Shown here piece by piece: positions 20,560 through 24,000 of a stretch of DNA of 24,000 nucleotides (position 1 is the first letter of the stretch; every line of letters begins with the position of its first letter). Source of the stretch: Caldalkalibacillus thermarum. GTDB lineage: Bacteria; Bacillota; Bacilli; Caldalkalibacillales; Caldalkalibacillaceae. The stretch lies in NCBI RefSeq assembly GCF_014644735.1, contig NZ_BMKZ01000014.1, positions 28,966-52,965 on the forward strand, in the 5' to 3' direction. Made by a program: the position numbers and the translations under genes. The notes under the pieces are model-generated. The model had not been told where the DNA came from. It did not search any database and saw nothing but the letters and a program-made list of their open reading frames with translations.

Positions 20560-21970
20560 TCACGTCTCTCTCCATAGTATAGTTGATAATCCGTTTTTCC
20601 TGAGACTGTTCACCTTCCGATTTGGAAATAGGCTGAGCAGACGGGGTCACGTTGAATACATTCATGCTTGAAGTGCCAGTTGAAGGTGCATAATGCCTTT
20701 GAGACTGTTGCCTTTGAGACTGTATGGTTTGAGACTGTCTGGCAGGTGCATTCACTCTGGACGCTGTATTTGTAATATGAGTCCTTTCACCTTCGGTTCT
20801 TAAAACTGAAGAACCAGAAGTTTTATATCCACTGTATGATGAGGCTTTTTGAAATTGAATAACGTTTGAACGCCGGACACCGGAACCAGACCGAATATTG
20901 GAAGACATATACGATTGTGGAGACTGATAGTTGTTTTTAAATGGAAGTGAAGCAACTTTTACCGCTCCAGATGACGCTGTTCCAGACGCTGAAGCATATT
21001 GGGATGTTCCAGATGTTCCATATGTTGAAACTCTTTGGGACGTTCCAGACGCTGAAACTCTTTGAGCGGTATTTGTATTGATATGACCGCCTAAGACGGT
21101 TCCTGAAGAAACTGATTTTCCTCCCATTGCCGAACCCATGCTGATAATCCGGCGTGACTGTGATGGCGTTCCACTCTTGACGGCAGAACCACCAACGGTT
21201 GAAAAAGAAGTCCTTCCTCCTGTTGGAACTGATGAAAAAGAAGTCCTTCCTCCTGAAGTGTATCCGTTAGACGTGCTTCCTCTTGCCACTACTGAAGAAC
21301 TTTTTCCAACAGGCAGGTTGTTTTCACGGCCGCTTGTACGCCACACGGCCATTCCATCGGTCCCTGTTGCTGACAAAGATTGTTTTGTCATGTTCTCCAG
21401 CCCTTGCTGAACCCCCTGTTGAACAGGCTGGTTAAAATCTTTTTGCATCTGTCCTGTTTGATGTTCTGGCAGATAACCATATATTTTGGGAGAATTTGTT
21501 TCCATCCCATGCAATTCAGACAACGGTGATACACCATCACCAAACGATACCGAACCATCATTACCTGTGGCTGTTAATGAACCGTTGTTACCTGAGGCCG
21601 TCAATGGTGTTTTTCCGGCTTTGGCGGCAATATCCATATCGCCCATATTGCCTAAAGAACGTTCATTGCCGATTCCCGTTAAGCGATCCGGGGTTCCGGC
21701 AGGCTGGGCGGGAGAGCCGGAAATAGGGCCGGGACTTGAACCTCCACCTCCACCGCCGCCTTTACCAAAGGCCATTTTACCGATACCAACCGTTCTGAAC
21801 GCACTTTTCAGCATTTGACTGGTGGCCCAAAGGCTGTTACCGGCTTCATCAATTGGATTGCCACGGTCAAACATGTCAAAAAGAGCATAAATGAACCTGC
21901 GGAGGAAACGCCCCGCAGGTAACAGGATAAACAATAAAAACAACGCCTGTATAAACGTAAACTGGAACAT
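20549..21970 (-). CDS. N-terminally anchored Gly/Ser/Thr/Gln-rich low-complexity protein (473 aa)
   Basis: ATG 21970 after GGGGGGA. N-terminal TM FIQALFLLFILLPAG, a GKGGGGGGGSSPGP run, then long S/T/G/Q-rich sequence with internal repeats. A 22 bp exact DNA repeat lies at 21201-21222 and 21234-21255, encoding GGRTSFS twice. Confidence 0.7.
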   Translation of the reverse strand: MFQFTFIQALFLLFILLPAGRFLRRFIYALFDMFDRGNPIDEAGNSLWATSQMLKSAFRTVGIGKMAFGKGGGGGGGSSPGPISGSPAQPAGTPDRLTGIGNERSLGNMGDMDIAAKAGKTPLTASGNNGSLTATGNDGSVSFGDGVSPLSELHGMETNSPKIYGYLPEHQTGQMQKDFNQPVQQGVQQGLENMTKQSLSATGTDGMAVWRTSGRENNLPVGKSSSVVARGSTSNGYTSGGRTSFSSVPTGGRTSFSTVGGSAVKSGTPSQSRRIISMGSAMGGKSVSSGTVLGGHINTNTAQRVSASGTSQRVSTYGTSGTSQYASASGTASSGAVKVASLPFKNNYQSPQSYMSSNIRSGSGVRRSNVIQFQKASSYSGYKTSGSSVLRTEGERTHITNTASRVNAPARQSQTIQSQRQQSQRHYAPSTGTSSMNVFNVTPSAQPISKSEGEQSQEKRIINYTMERDVNEE

Positions 21971-21980
21971 AATATCCCCC

Positions 21981-23144
21981 CTACCACCAAAGTCCTCTTA
22001 GGATATTTACGATCAAAACAGCACCAATGCTGATAAAAAAACCAAAGGCACTGTACTGCAATCCCTTGATGGCCGAATAGCGCATACTTGGATTCTTGGA
22101 ACTCACCGCCAGTCTCAGAGCGTTCCACAGCAACACCCCTGCGGCCACAACAGCACTGCTCAAGAATATGAAGGTCATGATCGGTTGCAGAACACTTCCT
22201 ACAGAGTTAAACATATTACCTGAACCCAAGCTGGCGTTTAGAAAACCGAAATACAACACGATTACCAATGCATGAGCCGTTTGCATGAAAATCTGGGAAG
22301 TCAATTCAGCCGCCCAAAGTTTAAAAGCCATACCGTCTTTGTTGCGGGCAAAAGCCCACGCCGCAAAAGGAGCTATGATCACCAAAACCGCAATCATGAA
22401 CTTGCGGAAAATGTACAGAATAATTAACCACAAACCCATGACAGCCAAAGCAAGATAGATGATCGAATCCAAAAACACACTTTCTGTTAACGACTGATCT
22501 GTATTGATGGTGGAAAAAGCGGAAAAGCCCGACTCCAACAGCGGAATATTTCTGGCAAATGAATACAGTCCGTCAACAAAAGCCTTGTTCAGATTGGCCA
22601 AAAGAAAGAACAGAAGATGGGCAAGCACGAGCAGGATAGATGCCCCAATATAGGCCATCATTTTGTCCTGCCAGTCAGACCGCTTGAGTGGATTGGTGCT
22701 TTCAATCATCATTTTCCATCCGTAAAAACCAATGGAAATGGCGAAAAATATCCAAGCGACCGAACTGAAAGCCAGCCTTAACGGATTGATCACGTTGTTC
22801 CATTCCTGAGCCGTAAATATGTTGCCTACAGCATTTTCTCCGTATAAAGCCCCCGAAAAAGGATTGGCCTGCCCGAATACAACATGCTTTATGCTTGTGC
22901 CTCCCAACAGATAAGCGGCAAAATCAACCACTGCATTTATCAGGGCGGCCAGCAATCTTTCCAGCATGCCAGACCTTTTCGTTTTTTCCATGACCTCTTG
23001 ACGCAATTCTTCATCCGGTGAATAGGGAACGTCACCTCTGAACTGCTCAGGAACAGGTTCAACGGCCAATACTGTTACTTGTCCAAGAAAGGAAGCATAT
23101 AAAAAGACAGACAACATAAGCACAACAAATGTTTTCTTCTTCAT
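21981..23144 (-). CDS. polytopic membrane protein with signal peptide (387 aa), possible VirB6/TcpH/ConG-like channel component
   Basis: ATG 23144 overlaps the upstream stop (ATGA). Signal-like N-terminus MKKKTFVVLMLSVFLYASFLG, then at least 6 hydrophobic segments. It sits directly after the VirB4-like gene, the usual position of VirB6 analogues in Firmicutes T4SS loci. No sequence motif confirms the role. Confidence 0.6.
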   Translation of the reverse strand: MKKKTFVVLMLSVFLYASFLGQVTVLAVEPVPEQFRGDVPYSPDEELRQEVMEKTKRSGMLERLLAALINAVVDFAAYLLGGTSIKHVVFGQANPFSGALYGENAVGNIFTAQEWNNVINPLRLAFSSVAWIFFAISIGFYGWKMMIESTNPLKRSDWQDKMMAYIGASILLVLAHLLFFLLANLNKAFVDGLYSFARNIPLLESGFSAFSTINTDQSLTESVFLDSIIYLALAVMGLWLIILYIFRKFMIAVLVIIAPFAAWAFARNKDGMAFKLWAAELTSQIFMQTAHALVIVLYFGFLNASLGSGNMFNSVGSVLQPIMTFIFLSSAVVAAGVLLWNALRLAVSSKNPSMRYSAIKGLQYSAFGFFISIGAVLIVNILRGLWW

Positions 23145-24000
23145 GACGTTTTCCTTCCTCCGGGAGTCGTGTTTACAAACTCATGTTCATAAAAAGAAGC
23201 ATCAATACGAATCGAAAGCAAATTTTTCCCGATCTTCAACAACGCTTCACCGGGATGGGCACTTTCAAGAAACTGCCTTTGCCCATCAGACAAATGGTAC
23301 TGAGCCTGCACATATTCAATGTCTGTCTCATTCTGTTTGAGCAAAACAGTGGCTGAAGCGTTAGTCAAAACGGCTTTACCCTGCTGTGATCTGGTAAACT
23401 CTTCAAAGGATTGAGAAGCCACGCAAAAGCTGGTGTTTCTTTTGCGACAACGTCTGCTCATCTTCTCCAGAAACATGGCCGAATCCTCGTGATACATGTA
23501 CATCCACGCTTCATCGGCCACCACCAGCTTACGCACATGACGGTTCCGCTTGACAAATTTCTCCCATATCCAGTTTAGAATGACGTGCATGGCCAACGGC
23601 TTCATAATCCCCTCTTCAAGATGTGAAATGTCAAAGTCAATGGCCACGGCATCTTTCAGCCGCACACGGCTTTGTCCGTCAAAAAGACCCAACGGGTTTC
23701 CCCTGCGATAGGGAAAAAGCAGTGTGGCCAGACGTTGGCCAACTTCCGTCCCCTGTTCCTCCAGCCACTCAACGGCTTCACTGATGGTAGGCATCTCTTT
23801 TTTGCGGTAGCCCACATACCCCGGACGGGGATCAGGCTCATAAAGGGAGTTGGGGTCAGATGTAATCTGCCGCTTGCTGTATAAGGACATGATACACCGA
23901 TCCAGTACGGCGTTTTCTTCCGGTGAAAGACGATAGCCGCCATTATTGGTGAACATGACGTTAAACAGGTTCTTGATGTCCTGCATTTTCTCGTGCAGAT
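23141..24000 (-). CDS. VirB4/TrsE/ConE/TcpF-type T4SS ATPase, C-terminal about 286 aa (5' end beyond window)
   Basis: The reading frame is open upstream of the track's ATG 23986 to the window edge (..LHEK-MQDIK). Walker B-like KLVVADEAWMYM, FCVASQSFEEF and VLLKQNETD match the C-terminal half of VirB4-family proteins. Confidence 0.8.
   Translation of the reverse strand, partial: LHEKMQDIKNLFNVMFTNNGGYRLSPEENAVLDRCIMSLYSKRQITSDPNSLYEPDPRPGYVGYRKKEMPTISEAVEWLEEQGTEVGQRLATLLFPYRRGNPLGLFDGQSRVRLKDAVAIDFDISHLEEGIMKPLAMHVILNWIWEKFVKRNRHVRKLVVADEAWMYMYHEDSAMFLEKMSRRCRKRNTSFCVASQSFEEFTRSQQGKAVLTNASATVLLKQNETDIEYVQAQYHLSDGQRQFLESAHPGEALLKIGKNLLSIRIDASFYEHEFVNTTPGGRKTS

Overview
Every credible gene in this 24 kb window is on the minus strand: about 30 tightly packed CDS with strong AGGAGG-type RBSs and several ATGA/TTGA start-stop overlaps. 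The plus-strand ORFs in the track look like antisense shadows. Reading the minus strand from 24000 downwards gives three blocks. (i) 24000-9258 is the core of a Gram-positive-type conjugative element. In order it encodes a VirB4-like ATPase C-terminus, a polytopic VirB6-like membrane protein, a Gly/Ser-rich anchored protein and an SLT+M23 cell-wall hydrolase. These are followed by a minimal EAL-like protein, a small membrane protein, a TadZ/CpaE-like pseudo-receiver plus ParA-like protein and a RusA-like resolvase. Then come a Replic_Relax-family protein, a 4-TM protein, a VirD4/TraG-type coupling ATPase without a TM domain, a multi-S1-domain protein, a second Replic_Relax-like protein and a lipoprotein. 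(ii) 9165-3564 is an accessory array of small, mostly acidic, unrecognisable proteins arranged as cassettes with homologous promoters. It is interrupted by a roughly 1.6 kb IscB/omegaRNA (OMEGA, IS200/IS605-type, no TnpA) element whose iscB carries one in-frame TAA. (iii) 3378-1 holds a thymidine kinase abutted to a Type ISP-like Mrr-helicase-methyltransferase that runs off the window and is missing from the ORF track. Non-coding highlights are three different short-palindrome arrays at 15187-16537, including a 528 bp ORF-free candidate oriT or control region. There is also a family of hairpins that fold only in the sense (minus) strand, and a conserved gene-end junction repeated at several cassettes. 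I saw no rRNA, tRNA or CRISPR array. All functional calls rest on motifs read by eye; no database search was possible.
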